A stretch of DNA of 64,000 bases, from positions 1-64,000 of the forward strand of contig OZ251246.1 of NCBI GenBank assembly GCA_965240325.2. The letters run 5' to 3'. This document shows, piece after piece, positions 34,341 to 48,107 of the stretch (its first letter is position 1; every line of letters begins with the position of its first letter). The position numbers and the translations under genes were made by a program. The notes below the pieces were generated by a model. The model was not told where the DNA came from, made no database searches, and saw only the letters and a program-made list of their open reading frames with translations. This DNA is from Rebecca billardiae RCC1528 (taxonomy: Eukaryota > Protista > Haptophyta).

Positions 34341-35974
34341 GGAGTGCCAGCGGCAGTCCTCGTCGTAGCGGCCAGCGCAGACCCGGAGTAACCGTGCGGA
34401 CCCTGTCTGAGTACTGCGTACTCCGCGCTCATCATCAGGCCGCCGGCTCGATGTCGTGGTAGCAGGTTTTTACAAGCACGCGCCGCATATCCGCGGATCG
34501 GACGGACGACCGCGCCGTCAGTTATATACGAACTCGCGTCGTATAGCCGTAGTACTCGTCACCAAGATCCGACCGAGCCCGGCGGCGGTGTCCACTGCGA
34601 TCGTCAGCGGATGGCACGGAAGTCATCAAGCCTGCAGAAGGCCTGGATACTACTACTAGTATAATGATGAGGCTGACCGAGTTGAGAGTGCGCGCGCGGT
34701 GCCGCGGTGACGCTGACCTAGTGACGACCTGAAGTGTATGTCGTCTGAGCCGTAGTGATGATGACACTCGGCTGACGCGACGTACTGCCTGACAGTGATG
34801 ACACGGCTGCGCGCAGTCCGCGTCGGAGTCGTCGGACCGCACGGGCCCGTGGCCGGCGAGTGCAGCGTAATGACTCGTGCCCGAGCCCGGCTCTGCCAGG
34901 GCCTGAGTCCTGAGGGCAAGCACGGCCACGGACCGGACAGTGCGGCATCATCACGCGGCACAGACGCCCACTGACGACGATCTAGATGGCAGTGGCGGCG
35001 CGAGCATATTATATATATATGTCTAGCCGTCCTCGCGAACGCCGACGCCAACTGCTGGCCGAAGGTGGGCACGCCGCCTGGCATGTCGATGCCGAGGCGG
35101 CTGCCTGTGTTCCTACTCAGTGGGATTTACGTGTCCTCATGCAAAGGCGAGCGCCGTCGACGAGACGCGGTGCGTGAGAGATCCCGCGTCGTGACGTCCG
35201 CTGACGGAAGGCTGAGCGCCTGCGGACTCGTCGACAATGAACCTCCACCTGACCGCCCGGGAGCAGCACTGCTGGGGACCTAACCTGAAAAACCCAACCG
35301 TGTTGGGACGCAGGGGGTCGCATGAGCCCTAAGTGCAGCGCCGCAAGACCGGGCGGTCGGACGGCGGGTGTTGTGATCCTGCCGCCCGAGCACCAGACCA
35401 ACGGGCCCTGGGTGGGCGGGTTGCCGAAAGATGTTGGTCGGTGCACGCGACGCGCCACCCGCGTGCGAGCCGCAGCCGCCGGCGACGCAGGACGCGACAT
35501 GGCTGGATGCCCGCGCCACGGCTGCAGAGCCCGAGAAGCCGATGATGGCGATCGGAGATCTTTGGCCGGTAACAGAAAATGCCGGACGGACTGTTGTCTG
35601 TTTGTCCGGGAGCAGCTCGTTGAGGCCATGGTCCGGTAGAGGGCGATGGAGCTGATGAGCGGCGCTGGCGCCTGGCGTCCGTGTCGTCCTCTTAGACAAT
35701 CAGTTATTGTACCAATAACCCCACACATATATATATATATAGCTTATTATAATATTATATACTACGCGCGCGCAGCCGCGTACGACGCGGACCGAGTAGC
35801 GCGCCGTACAGTCGGCAGCGCCGCGAGCATCATCACTCGCGATCACTACCGTGCATGCTGCAACAATAAAAGCGATATATGACAATGACGAGCGAGTATT
35901 CGGACCGCGGTACGGACGTGTCGCTGGCTCGGACTCGCTGGCACGGACACGGACCGGACGGACACGATATGCTA

Positions 35975-37840
35975 CTACGCGTCGGCTTCTCCAATTCGCC
36001 TCGGGGTCGCGGCCGAAAAAAATCCGGCCTGCGCCCGCGACGGCGCGCGGCCGAGCTCGGGCCGACTCGGGAGGTCGGCGCGCGGCGCCACAACGCGTGG
36101 TGGCGCGCGTGCGTCCCGGAGCGCGATCTAGACTACGCGCGCGCGCTCACGTGCCCTCGGGGGTACAGAGGGCCTGCAACCGCCCCCGCGTAGTGCGGCA
36201 TGCCGCCTGCACCGCGTTCGCGTCCAGTCGTCGCCGAGCACCCAGATCCATCGGTGCACGCAAGCGTGGCCGGCCTGAGGGCCGGTCGGCGAAGCCGCTG
36301 AGCGCGGATCTGATGCATGCCATTCTGTGCATGCATGTGTACAGCACAGCGCCCACCGCGCTGACCACGACCGTCGTCATGACGTTCAGCGCGGGCATCA
36401 CGCACTGCTGCTGCCGGCTGATGGGCGCGCGGCAAGCAGTGATGGCACTAGCTGCCCCACCGCCCAGCAGCCGAGCTGGGGGGCTTAGCAGCCGCAGTAC
36501 GCGTAGCTGGGTCCTGCAGCTGGGCGGCGGGGCAGTTACGAGTACTGCTGGGCGCTCGGAGTACATCAGCGCCACAGCGTTGCGGGCCGGCGGCGCGGCC
36601 AGACGGCCGGCGGCGCGGCCGACGGCCGGCCGGCAGACGGCAGCCGGCCAGTGGCAGTAGCCGGACAGGCGGAGCGATTCGAGCTGTGTTCTGAGGTGGG
36701 CAGGCTCCGCACTGATGACAGCAGATGACATATATGTGATACGCTTTAGTCGTAGTAGCAGACAAAGATGATGTGGCATGTGCTTGTGCAATGTGCCTGC
36801 GGCCGCCGCGCGGGTCACGCCGCTGCGGTGAACCGCCGCGCAACCATAAGCCGCGAGTTCATCGATCACGCGCTGTTCCGCGTGTACCCGAGCTGCGCGC
36901 GAGGAGATCTTCGCCACCGCGGTCGCACTCGCCATGCTCAGGAGACGACACAGCAGGTGGCGGGACTTCTGAAGGGTGGCACGCTGATCCACCTCGCGCT
37001 CTGTATCTGGTGGCTCGCCGTCGCCCGAAAGGCAGGGCGTATATTGGCGGCACGACGACACTGACGGATATCCTGAACACCGATTACACTGTCATCAGTG
37101 CGGAGCCTGCCCACCTCAGAACACAGCTCGAATCGCTCCGCCTGTCCGGCTACTGCCAAGTGCTGGCCGGCTGCCGGCTGCCGGCCGGCCGTCGGCCGCG
37201 CCGCCGGCCGTCGGCCGCGCCGCCGGCCCGCAACGCTGTGGCGCTGATGTACTCCGAGCGCCCAGCAGTACTCGTAACTGCCCCGCCGCCCAGCTGCAGG
37301 ACCCAGCTACGCGTACTGCGGCTGCTAAGCCCCCCAGCTCGGCTGCTGGGCGGTGGGGCAGCTTGCCATCACTGCTTGCCGCGCGCCCTGATCCGAGCCG
37401 GCAGCAGCAGTGCGTGATGCCCGCGCTGAACGTCATGACGACGGTCGTGGTCAGCGCGGTGGGCGCTGTGCTGTACACATGCATGCACAGAATGGCATGC
37501 ATCAGATCCGCGCTCAGCGGCTTCGCCGACCGGCCCTCAGGCCGGTCACGCTTGCGTGCACCGATGGATCTGGGTGCTCGGCGATGACTGGACGCGAACG
37601 CGGTGCAGGCGGCATGCCGCACTACGCGGGGGCGGTTGCAGGCCCTCTGTACCCCCGAGGGCACGTGCGCGCGCGCGCGTAGTCTAGATCGCGCTCCGGG
37701 ACGCACGCGCGCCACCACGCGTTGTGGCGCCGCGCGCCGACCTCCCGAGTCGGCCCGAGCTCGGCCGCGCGCCGTCGCGGGCGCAGGCCGGATTTTTTTC
37801 GGCCGCGACCCCGAGGCGAATTGGAGAAGCCGACGCGTAG
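35975..37840. mobile_element. Foldback/MITE-like element: ~750-bp inverted arms (35975-36721 and 37089-37840) around a 367-bp spacer
   Basis: The left arm starts CTACGCGTCGGCTTCTCCAATTCGCC and the right arm ends GGCGAATTGGAGAAGCCGACGCGTAG. Inner ends: GCAGGCTCCGCACTGATGACAG / CTGTCATCAGTGCGGAGCCTGC. The arms are near-identical with a few indels. The outer TA could be a target-site duplication. No intact transposase. Confidence 0.8.
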
Positions 37841-38179
37841 CGCCGTCGGCTGCTGGCGCGGGCTCTTCGATCGGCGTCTGCTCGGTGCGCCCAGCGCGCC
37901 ACTGCTAGGCACTTACGTCTATACGCTGCACTAATATATCGAGCGAATAACGCTGTGACTGACGGGCCGCGTGCCGCCGCACTCGCCCGCGCCGCGCCGC
38001 CGCGGGACGACCCGACACCAGCCTGGCTCACCGCAGTGTGACGCGGACAGGTTGATGATGAATGGATGATGACCGGATGCAGTATGCGATGATCATCGCC
38101 CGCCGGGCGCCAGGCTGATACGCGATTGGCTGCGCGTGCCGCCGCCGCGCCGCCATCGCCACGACCCTCCTCGCCGTCG

Positions 38180-38765
38180 TCAGCCCCGATTCGCCACTGG
38201 CGGGAAGCGCGACGCCGCCGCGCCCGGGCTGCGCACACCGCGCACGCCGAGCTCGACGGTCGCGGCCGGCAGCGCCGCCGGCGGCTGCAGCCCCGCCGCC
38301 GCGCCCGCGCCGGCGGCGCGGCGCAGCGCGCCCTCCGCGCCGCCGCCGCCGAGCGGCGCAAAGCCGTGCATGCGCGCCTCGAAGGCGGAGACGGCGGGCG
38401 CGGGGAGCAGCGCGTGGTGGCTCGAGCCGCGCCGGCCGGGCCTCGGCCCCGGCCGCGCGCTCGTCGCCGGCCGGCGCGCGCCGGCGCCGCCCGCGGGCGG
38501 CACGTCGCCGAGCCCCGCGTCGAGCGACGCGGGCGCGTGCGGCGCGCGCGGCGGCGTGGCGGCGGCGTGCGGCGGCCGCGCGTGCGGCGCGGCGGGCGCG
38601 AGCACGACGGCGTCACGCAGCTCGAGCCCCGCCGCGCCCGCGCCCGCGCCGTGCGCCTCCGCGCCCGCCAGGTTGAGGCTCTGCAGCTCGCGGCTCAGCC
38701 GGATGCGCGGGTGCAGCAGCGCGTGCGCGGCCGCGTCCGCGCCGCCGCCGTCCGCGCCGCCGTCC

Positions 38766-38813
<48 letters not shown>

Positions 38814-39205
38814 CCGTGCGCGGGCGTTGCGAGGATGGCGCCGTCCGCGAGCGCGTCAAGCGGCACGGCGGCGGTGGCGGCCTCGAGCCGCCGCGCGGTC
38901 TCGGCGTCCGCGCGCGCGGGCGGCGGCAGCGGCGAGGGCGGCGACGCGGCGCGCGGCCCCGCCGCCGCGCCGCCGCCGGCGCGCGCGGCCGGCAGCGGCG
39001 GCAGTGACGGCCGCGCGGCGCGCGCGGCGACGGGCGAGGCATGCGGCGCGCTTGCCGCCGTGGCGCCGTGGCGCGCGCCGCCGCCGCTGCTGCTCGCGCT
39101 CGGCAGCGGCATCAGCGCCCGGCGCGAGCCGCCGCCCAGGCTGAGCGGCGAGCCCAGCAGCTGCGCCGCGCCAGGGCTGCTGTTGCTACTGCCGCCGCCG
39201 CCACC

Positions 39206-39236
<31 letters not shown>

Positions 39237-40055
39237 CCCGCGGCCGCCGCGCCGCCGCCGCCGCCTGCAAACGGCACGCGCGGCTGCGCGGCGCCGTGCG
39301 CCGAGGCGCGGCGCGCGAGCGGCGAGCGGCGGAGCGCGGCGGGCGAGACGGAGCGCTCGCGCGGCACCGCGCTCTCCGCGCGCGCCTCGAGCGGCGCCAG
39401 CTGCCGCCGCCGCCGCCCCGCCGCCGCGGCGGCCGCCGCCGCCGCGTCCGCATCCGCCGGCGCCGGCGCAGCAAACGGCTGAAGCCATGAGGGCGGCGCG
39501 CGGCGGTGGCGCGGCGCCGCGTCGGGAGCGGCGTGGCGCGGCTCGGTCCAGAGCGGCACCTCCACCGCCGCGCGCGTCGCGCCGATCGAGAACATGCCGC
39601 CGTGGCCCAGCAGGGCGGCGAGCGCGCGCGCCGCCGCCGCGTCCGCCGCCGCCGTGTCCGCAGCGTCCGCCGCGTCCGCGCCCGCGCCCGCGCCGGCCGG
39701 CGCCGGCGCGTCCGCGCCGTCGGCGCCGTCGGCGAGCGCGGGCGCGCCGTCGCCCGCCCCTTCGCCCTCGCTCCCGGCGTCCGAGTCCGCGTTGCCGCTC
39801 AGCTGCCGCTCGATCTCGCGGCGCATCTCCCGCGACAGCCGCGCCGCGCGCCGGCCGCCGACGCTCAGTCGGACGCCAAGCCGCGGCGCGGCGGGCTCTG
39901 GGGAGGCGGCGGCGGCGTCGTCGGCGGAGGCGGAGCCCGCGCCGGCCGAGTCGAGGCGCACGGCGGGCGGCGGCGCCTCCTCGGCGGCGCCGCCGGCTGG
40001 CGCGTCGGCCTCGTCGTCGCCGTCCGCGCCGCCGTCCGCGCCGCCGTCCGCGCGC

Positions 40056-40086
<31 letters not shown>

Positions 40087-40435
40087 TCGGCGCGCGCGGC
40101 GGGCGGCGCGCGGCGGAATCGGGCGGCGCGGGCACGTCGGCGTGCGCGCTCGCGCGGCGGCGGCGCTGCTCCTCGGCGCGGCGCAGCCGCGAGTGCAGCA
40201 GCTGCGAGCGCGACCCCGCCGGCGCCGCCGCCACCGGCGCCGCGCGCGCGTCGTCCTCCTCGCCGTCGCCGCCGGCGGCGCGCGCGGCCGCGCGGCCGCG
40301 CACCGCGCGCACGCGCCGCGCCTCCGCCGGCTGCAAGGCCATCCCGACGTCGGCGGCAAAGTCGAGCGCGGAGCGGAGCTGCGCGTGCGCGCCGGCGAGC
40401 GCGCTGTCGAGCGCCGTGCGCGCCCCCGCCGCCGC

Positions 40436-40466
<31 letters not shown>

Positions 40467-41300
40467 CCGCCCTCCGCTCGCGCCGAGATTGCAATCTCGG
40501 GCGCCGAGATTGCAATCTCGGGCGCGCGCCGCCCGCCGGTCTGCGCCGCCGCCGCGACGTCGACAACTTCGGCGACGCTGAGCGCCGAGGCGAGGGCCTC
40601 GGCGGCGACGGCGTGGACGAAGAGGTCGGCGCCGTGCCCGAACTCCGCGAGCGAGTCCAGACCCGCCGCCGCCGCCTTTGCCAGCGCCGTCGCGAGCGCG
40701 GCCGACGCCAGCGCGATGCCCGCGCGCCGCCCGGCCGCGCCGGCCGCGCCGGCCGGCGCGCCGCCGCCCGGCCGGCGGCGGCGCGCGAGCTCGGAGGGGG
40801 AGCGGGCGAGCTGGCCGACGGAGGTCGTGCTGCTGCCGCGGCGCAGCAGGCCCGCCGCCGACGGCTTCCGCCGGACGGGCGCCGCGCGGCCCGGCCGCGC
40901 CGCGCGCCCGTCGACGCTCGACGCGGCGCGGCGCGGCGGCGGCGGCGGCGGCTCGGCCGCGGCGGGCGCCGCCGACGCGGCGGGCGCCGGCGCGGCGTCC
41001 GAGATTGCAATCTCGGACGCCGCGCCGTCGTCCTCGGGCACGCGCGCGCCGTCGTCCTCCGGCACGCGCGCGCCCTCCTCCTCCTCCGCCGCCTCCTCCT
41101 CCCCGTCCTCCGCCGACGACGACGACGGCGTCGACCCGCCGCCCAGATTGCAATCTCGGCCGCTGCTGCGCGCGGCCGCCGCGGCCGCCTGCGCGCGCCG
41201 CGGCTTGCCGCCGAGCGCCGCCGCCGCCGAGGTGGCCGCCTCGGCGGCGCCGCCCTCCTCCGACTCGGAGCCGGTCGCGGGGGTGGTGGAGCGGCCGCTC

Positions 41301-41331
<31 letters not shown>

Positions 41332-41609
41332 TCCCGCTCCCGCCGCCGCCCCCAACCGGCGGCCTGAGCCGCTGCGCGCGGCCGAGCATGCGGCGCACGC
41401 GCGCGATCGCGCCCAGCAGCTCGGCGCGCGTCGCCTCGATCCAGTCCGGGTCGAGCGACGGGTCCGGGAGCGCGGGGTCCGGGCGCGGCGCCGAGTCCGG
41501 GCGCGAGTCCGGGAGCGCGGCCGCGTGCGGCGCGGCGTGGTGCGGCGGCGGCGGCGCGCACGAGGCGGCGGCGGGCGGCGGCGGCGGCGGCGCGCCCGCG
41601 GGTGCGGCG

Positions 41610-41647
<38 letters not shown>

Positions 41648-42832
41648 GGCCGCGGGCGCGGCGCGCGCCGCCGCCGGCTCGGCGGGCGGCGGCGGCGGCG
41701 CGCGCTGGTCGGCGGGCGGCGGCGGCTCGTCGAGCACCGCGCCGAGCGGCGGCGCGCGCGTCGCGCGCGGCGCGGCGGCGTAGTGCGCGGGCGCGCGCGC
41801 GTCCGCGCTCGCGCGCCGCCAGCGCGAGCCCGCCGCGCCGCCGCCGACCGCGCCGCCGCCCGCGCCGCCGCCGCCCGCGCCGCCGCCGCGGCCGGGCAGG
41901 AAGGCGGCGGAGGGCACGCGCTGCAGCGCGGCGGCGTCGGCGCGCTTGCGCACGGACGCGTCGGTGCGCACGTCCTCGAGCGCCAGGTACTGCCGCCGCG
42001 CCAGCGTCAGGTCGCGCGCCAGGTTGATCCTCGCGCCGAGCGCCGCCCACGCCGGCTGCCCTTCGATCGCGCCCGCCGCCAGCAGGTGGGTGATGATGCG
42101 CTGCGCGCCGGTGGGCGTGGTGACGCGGCGGTAGAGCTTGCCGAGGAAGGTGAGGTACTCGAGCTCGTCCGAGCCCTGCGTCCACAGGTCGGCGAGCTCG
42201 AACAGCCCCGCGCAGAACGCCGCGAACGGCATGCCGTCGGCCTCGTCGTAGCCGGCCATGTCCGAGGCCCAGTCGGCGAGCGCGAGGCCGCGGCCGACGG
42301 CGTCTTCCTCGCCGGCGGCGGTGACGCCGAGCGCGCGGCCGATGCGCTGGTAGATCGCGACGTACATCTCGCGCCCCATCCGCGCGCTCTCGTCCAGCCC
42401 CGCCGTCTGCCAGAACCGCGAGAGCGCCGCGCGCACGCGCGGCGCGCCCGCGAGCGCAAGCCGCTGCTCAGCGTGCCGCGCGTGCTCCTCGAGCGAGCCG
42501 AGCTCGTGGTAGCGGTGCGTGGGCGCGTGGGGCGGCGCGCGGCGGTGCTCGGTGGGCCGCGCCTCGAAGTGGAACAGGTCGGCCTCGCTCTTCGGCGCCG
42601 CGTCCACCGGCGCGGCAAAGTAGGAGCGCTCGCGCGCCAGGATCACGTTGGCGCCCGCCGGGTCGGCGTCGGCTCTGGCGGGCGGCGGCGGCGGCGAGGC
42701 GTGGGCGCCGGCGTGGACGAGGTGCGACGCGTCGCCCTCCGTCGCCGAGCGCGGCCGGCGGCGCCACGCGCCGCCCGCGCGCGCCGCCGCGCCGAGGTCG
42801 GCGTCGGCGGGCGGCAGCAGGCTGCTGCTCAT
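38180..42832 (-). CDS. Large hypothetical protein: ~200-aa helical/EF-hand-like N-terminal domain plus a long low-complexity tail
   Basis: Uninterrupted ~1550-codon ORF with host codon bias. Conserved-looking block: RAALSRFWQTA..MGREMYVAIYQRIGRAL..ADWASD..FAAFCAGLFELADLWT..EYLTFLGKLYRRVT. The EF-hand resemblance is tentative, and in-frame introns cannot be excluded. Confidence 0.65.
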
Positions 42833-43317
42833 GGCTGCGCAGTGCGCACTGCTCAGGCCAAAGGTGCCGGCTGCCGCCGCGCCCCTTGCGGTTATTCGAC
42901 GATTAAAGGGTTGCGTCGCTTGCGTTACGTGAAAAGTACCCGCTGGGCTGGAGCAGCCGCTGATTGGGCAAGAGCAGGACCAGGAAGACTCTGAGAAGGA
43001 GTTTGGAAACGCTTCGGGTTCTCTGAGGTTGCGGCTGAGGCCTGGCCGAGAAGGACCGCGCGCATTGTCATTCGAGGCCCATGATGGAGTACCCACGAGC
43101 TTGCACGAGGGTACGTTTTTGAAGGTAGCGTGCCGGTAAAGGGTTAGGGGTAGGGTTGTCGTCGCAGCAAGGTCGTGGCAAGGGCCCTTGGTCGTGGACG
43201 CACTTGCCAAGGTCCACTACTCCACTTGCACTCACTTAGGAGCGTGGCGAAGCGTGCCGAACCGCATTTTACCCGGGTTGGGTCGCGAGACCCGGAGAGC
43301 TAGCTGCCCCCCGCACG

Positions 43318-46300
43318 ATGACAGGTGCAACGGCGCGGGCGCTGCTGCGCCTGGCGGCGCTGCTCGGCGGCGCGGCCTCGCCGCGCGGCGGCGCCGCGTC
43401 GGCGCTCGAGCTCCCCGTCGGCCTCGCCATGCCGCTCGACGCCTCCGCCCGCGAGTTTGCGCTCGCCGCGCTGCTCGGCGTGCGGCACTTCAACGAGCGC
43501 AACGGCTCGCTCGTGCGCGCGCTCGGCGCGCTCGGCGGGTGCGAGGTGCGGCTGCGCGTGCTCGAGGGCGTGGACACGGGCGCGGCGCCGCTCACCGCCG
43601 TGCGCGCCCTCTTCGCCCTCGCCGACGCCGGCGTCGCCGCGCTGCTCGGCGGCGCGCGCTCGGCGCCGACCGCGGCGATGGCGGCGAACGGCGCGCTGCT
43701 GCCGCTCGTGCAGCTCTCGCCGCTCGCGACGTCGCCCGAGCTGGACGAGGGCGCGCGGTACCCGTACCTGCGGCGGATCCTGCCCTCCGACGTGCCGCTC
43801 GCCGCCGCGCTCGTCGCGCACATCCGCAAGTACCGCTGGTCCGAGGTCGGGCTCGTGCACGTCGACGACGCGTACGGCCGCGGGCTGGCGGCCGCGCTCG
43901 CCGACGCGGCGGCGGCGGGCAACGTGGCGCTGACGGCGGCGGCGTTCGACGGGGGCGAGGGCGCGGGCGGGGTGCCGGGGCCGGGCATGCGCGCCGCGAT
44001 GGCCGCCATGCTCGGCCTCGACGGCACGCCGCTCCGCGTCCTCGTCCTCGCCGCCTTCGACGAGCACGGCCTCGCGCTCGCGCGCGCGGCCGACGCGGCG
44101 GGCGTCGCCGGCGCGAGCGGGCACGTGCTGTTGACGAATTCGATGACGGTGGGCGGGCTGCTCGGCGGCGGGGCGCCGCCGGCGGCGGAGCTCGTGCGCC
44201 TGCTCGACGGCGCGGCGCGCATCGGCGCCTCCGCCGACGCCGCCGGCCGCTGGGCGGACTTTCGCGCCGCGTGGCGCGCGGCGCCGCGCGCCGAGCTCGC
44301 GGCCGCGCTGCCGCCGGCCGCGCGCGCCGCCGCGCTCGGCGCGAACGCGACGGCGGCGGCGGCGGCGGCGGCGGAGGCCGACGACCTGCTCGCGTTCGCG
44401 TTCGAGGCGGGCGCGGCGCTCGGCCTCGCCGCGTGCAACACCACCGCGCCCGCCTCGCCGCCCGACCTCCTCGCCGCGCTCACCGCCCTCGAGTACACCG
44501 GGCTCACCGGCCGCGTCGCGTTCGACCGCGCCACGGGCGCGCGCCGCGCCGACGCGGTTCCGTACGACGTGGGTAACCTCGTGTACGTGGAGGCGGGTGA
44601 TGCGGGTAATGGGAGCGCGAGCGGCGGCGCGGAGGGCGGCGGCGGGCTCGCGCTGCGCCACGCGGGCACGTACGTCCGCGGCGCGCTGCAGGCCTCCGCC
44701 ACCGACGGCGGGCCGGCGCCGCCCTTCACGTTTGCCGGCGGCGCGGCGCAGCCGCCCGCGGCGGGCGGCCAGACCGGCACGTTGCTGAGGGTAGGGTTTC
44801 TTGGCCGGTGGGGCGGCGCGTGCGACGACGGCTCGGCGGGGTGCACGGAGGCGCCGTCGCGCGCGGGGATGGTCGCGGCGCAGCTCGCCGCCGCGCACTT
44901 CAACGAGCGCAACGGCACCTTCGTCCCCGCCTTCGCCGCGGCCGCCGCCGCCGGCTGCGACGTCGTCGTCGAGCTCGGCATCGGGCACACGCGCGGCGCG
45001 CCGGTCGTCGGCCTGGAGGCGTACTTGGCGGGGCGGCGGCGGGGGTGGGGCGCGGTGGTGGGCGCGAGCCGCTCGAGCGTCTCGCTCGCCGTCGCGCAGC
45101 TCGCCGCGATCGACGGCACGCCGCAGGTCTCGTACCGCTCCTCCTCGCCCGCGCTCTCCGCCGTGACCGAATTACCCACATTTACCCGCACGATCCCGAG
45201 CGACGAGGCGACCGCGCTCGCGCTCGCGCGCTGGCTGGTGCGCGCGGGCGCGCGGCGCGCGGGGCTGGTGGCGAGCGCGTCGGCGTACGGCTCGGGCTTC
45301 GCCGAGGCGCTCGCCGCGCACTGCGCCGCGCTCGGCGTCGCCCTCGTCGCGCGCGCCACCGTCGACGAAGTGTCGGAGCCTTCGTTTGCCGCCGCGGCGG
45401 CAACGCTCGCGGCGGCGGACGCGCGCTACATCGTCGCCGCGGTCGAGGGCGGGCTGCTGCGGCGCACGCTGCGCGCGGGCGTGGCGCATGGGCTCGCCGG
45501 CGGGAGCGCGAGCGGCGCGCACCACTGGGTCTTCTCCGGCGCCATCCGCGCCTCCGACTTCGCCGCCCTCGCCTCAGACGCCGAGCTCGCCGACGCGGCC
45601 GCGGGTGCCGCCTCCGTCTCCGCGCTCGGCGGCGTCGAGGGCGCGCCGCGCTGGGAAGCCTTCTCGCGCGCGTGGGCGAGCGGCGGGCTGGACAGCCCGG
45701 AGCTGCGCGCGCGCGTGCCGCCCGAGGCGCTCCTCGAGCCCGACTTCTTCGACGCGTGGCCCCTCGAGCCCGTCGACGCCTTCGCGTACGACGCGCTGGC
45801 CGCGGTCGCCCTCGCCGCGTGCAACGCGAGCCGCGCGGCCGACGGGCGCGTCGACTTTGGCGGCGGGCGCTGGTGGGGCCGGCTGCTGGCGGAGGGCGGG
45901 TTCGACGGGCTGACGGGGACGGTGGCGCTGGACGCGAGCGGCGACCGCGCGCTGCACACCGCGCTCTTCGAGCTCGTCAACATCCGCCGCGCCGCCGACG
46001 CCGCCGCCGGCGGCGCGCCGAGCGGCGCGCTCGTCGTCCCGGCGGTCGGCCGCTTCGACGCGGCGGCGGGCTGGGCGCTCACTCAGCCGTTCGTGTTCGC
46101 GTCGGGGGGCTCGGTGGCGCCGCACGACGGCACGCCGGCGCGCGCGGAGGGCGGCGGGTCCTCCGACGCCTCCGCCGGCGCCGACGCCTCCTCCGACCGC
46201 GCCGCCGCAGCCTCCGCCGACGACGGCGCCGCGGCCGCCGCCGCCGCGGCCGCGCGCGAGGCCGAGCTCATGCGCCGCACGCAGCAGCTGGTGACTGTGA

Positions 46301-48060
46301 TATGGATCTCTGTGTCCGCGCTCTGCGGGTGCGCGCTGGCGTTGCTGGCGTACCGCGGGTGCCTCCGCGTGCGCAAGGCGTGGCGCACGCAGGAGATGCT
46401 CCTCCGGCAGCAGGACGCGCGCATCATCGAGGCCGCGCGCTTCATCAACCGCCTCCGCTTCCCCGCCGCCCTCGTCCGGCTCGAGGCGTTGCGCGCGCAC
46501 GGACGACTGCTGTCGCACGAGGAGGCGCGCGACCGCGGCGATTTATTATTTATCGACACGAGCGCGCGGCTGGCGGCGTTCTCCGAGCGCAACCACGTGG
46601 TCTTCGTGAGCCACCAGGCGCGCGCGCGCGCCGCCGCCGCCGCCGCGCCCGGCCCTGCCCGACCCTCGCCCCTCCCCCCCCCCCGCGCGCGCGCCTCGCC
46701 GCAACCGCCCCCCCCGCGCGGCGCCGCCCCGCGCGCGCGGCGCGGCGCGGCGCGGCGCTCGCGGCGGCGGCGGCGGTGCGCAGTGGCTCGGGTGGGACGA
46801 GCCGGACCCGGACGGCGTGCACTACCCGGCGGTGCTGCGCGCGCTGCACGCGCTGTGCGCGCGCGAGGACGTCGTGCCCACCGAGCTCTACGTCTGGGTG
46901 CGCGCGAGATTGCAATCTGGCGCGCGCGCGCGGCCGCGCGAGATTGCAATCTGGCCGGTCGACGTCCGTCGGCGCCGGGGACGGGCCGCCGCGCCGCGCG
47001 CGCGCGCGCGCGCTCACGCGCCCCGGCCCGGCTGGCGCGCCGCGCGCCGCCCCGCCTCTGCGCACCAGATGGACTACTTCTCCATCCCGCAGGCGAACAT
47101 GGCGCTCAAGGCGGGTAGCATTTCGTCACTCGGCGCGTACGCGTCGGCGGCGCGCTACTTCCTGGTCGTCGCGCCGCCGTGCACGCACGCGGACTCGGGC
47201 GCGGAGTGCAACCTGCAGAGCTGTGCGCGCGCGCCCCGAGCCCCCGAGCCCGAGCCTAGGCGCGGGGCCCGCGTGGCGCTCGGCGGGCGGGCGGGCGAGG
47301 CGGCCGCGCGACGGGCACGCGCGCGCCGCCGCTCACGCCCGCCCCCCGCCTGCGCCCCAAACGCTTCATTTCTTTGCGCTTTTCTTTTATTCTGCTTATT
47401 CCTGTGTCGCGTTGTATTTTTGTTTCTTTTGCTGGCGGATTTGCTCGTGTGGCCTCACCTTGCCCGCAGACGCGCGCCGCGGCTGGTGCCGGCTCGAGCA
47501 GTGGGCGCACCTCGCGACGGCGGGGACGGCGCGGTTCTACCTCGCGGACGGCGGCGCCGAGCCGCTCGCCGCCGTCACCGACGACCAGCAAGACTGGTGG
47601 GACGACTCGATCCACGTGCGCGCGAGATTGCAATCTCGGCGCGCGGCGCCGGCCGCGCGCGCGCGCGCGCGCTCCGCGGCGCCTCACGCGCCCCCGCCCG
47701 CCCCCGTGGTCTCGTGGAATGGTCGGCGCGCGGCGCAGGTGTTCGACGGCGACTACACGTACGAGTCTGACAAGCCGCTCCTCGTCGACATGGTCCTCGG
47801 CCTCTGGGCCCTCGCCCTCGAGAACTCGCACACGGCCGCCGGCCACCGTGTGGCCGCGCTCGTGCGCGCGGACCGACGCGGCGTGTTTCCGCCGGAGCTG
47901 TTCGGCTCGATGATCGAGCGGCTGGAGACGCTGGAGCGCGCGCGGCGGAGGCGGGAGGAGCGCGGCGGGGACGGGATGCGCGCCTCTTTTGGCAGCACCG
48001 CCGACGAGCCGCGCTCGCGCCAGCTCACCGACGGCTCGCGCGGCGCCTCGCGCACCGGCA

Positions 48061-48107
<47 letters not shown>

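Noticed and set aside
42833-43210. N-terminal extension of the 1676-aa ORF upstream of MSSSLLPP
   Set aside because: It starts at a non-ATG codon and has atypical codon usage; more likely UTR or promoter of the divergent gene pair.
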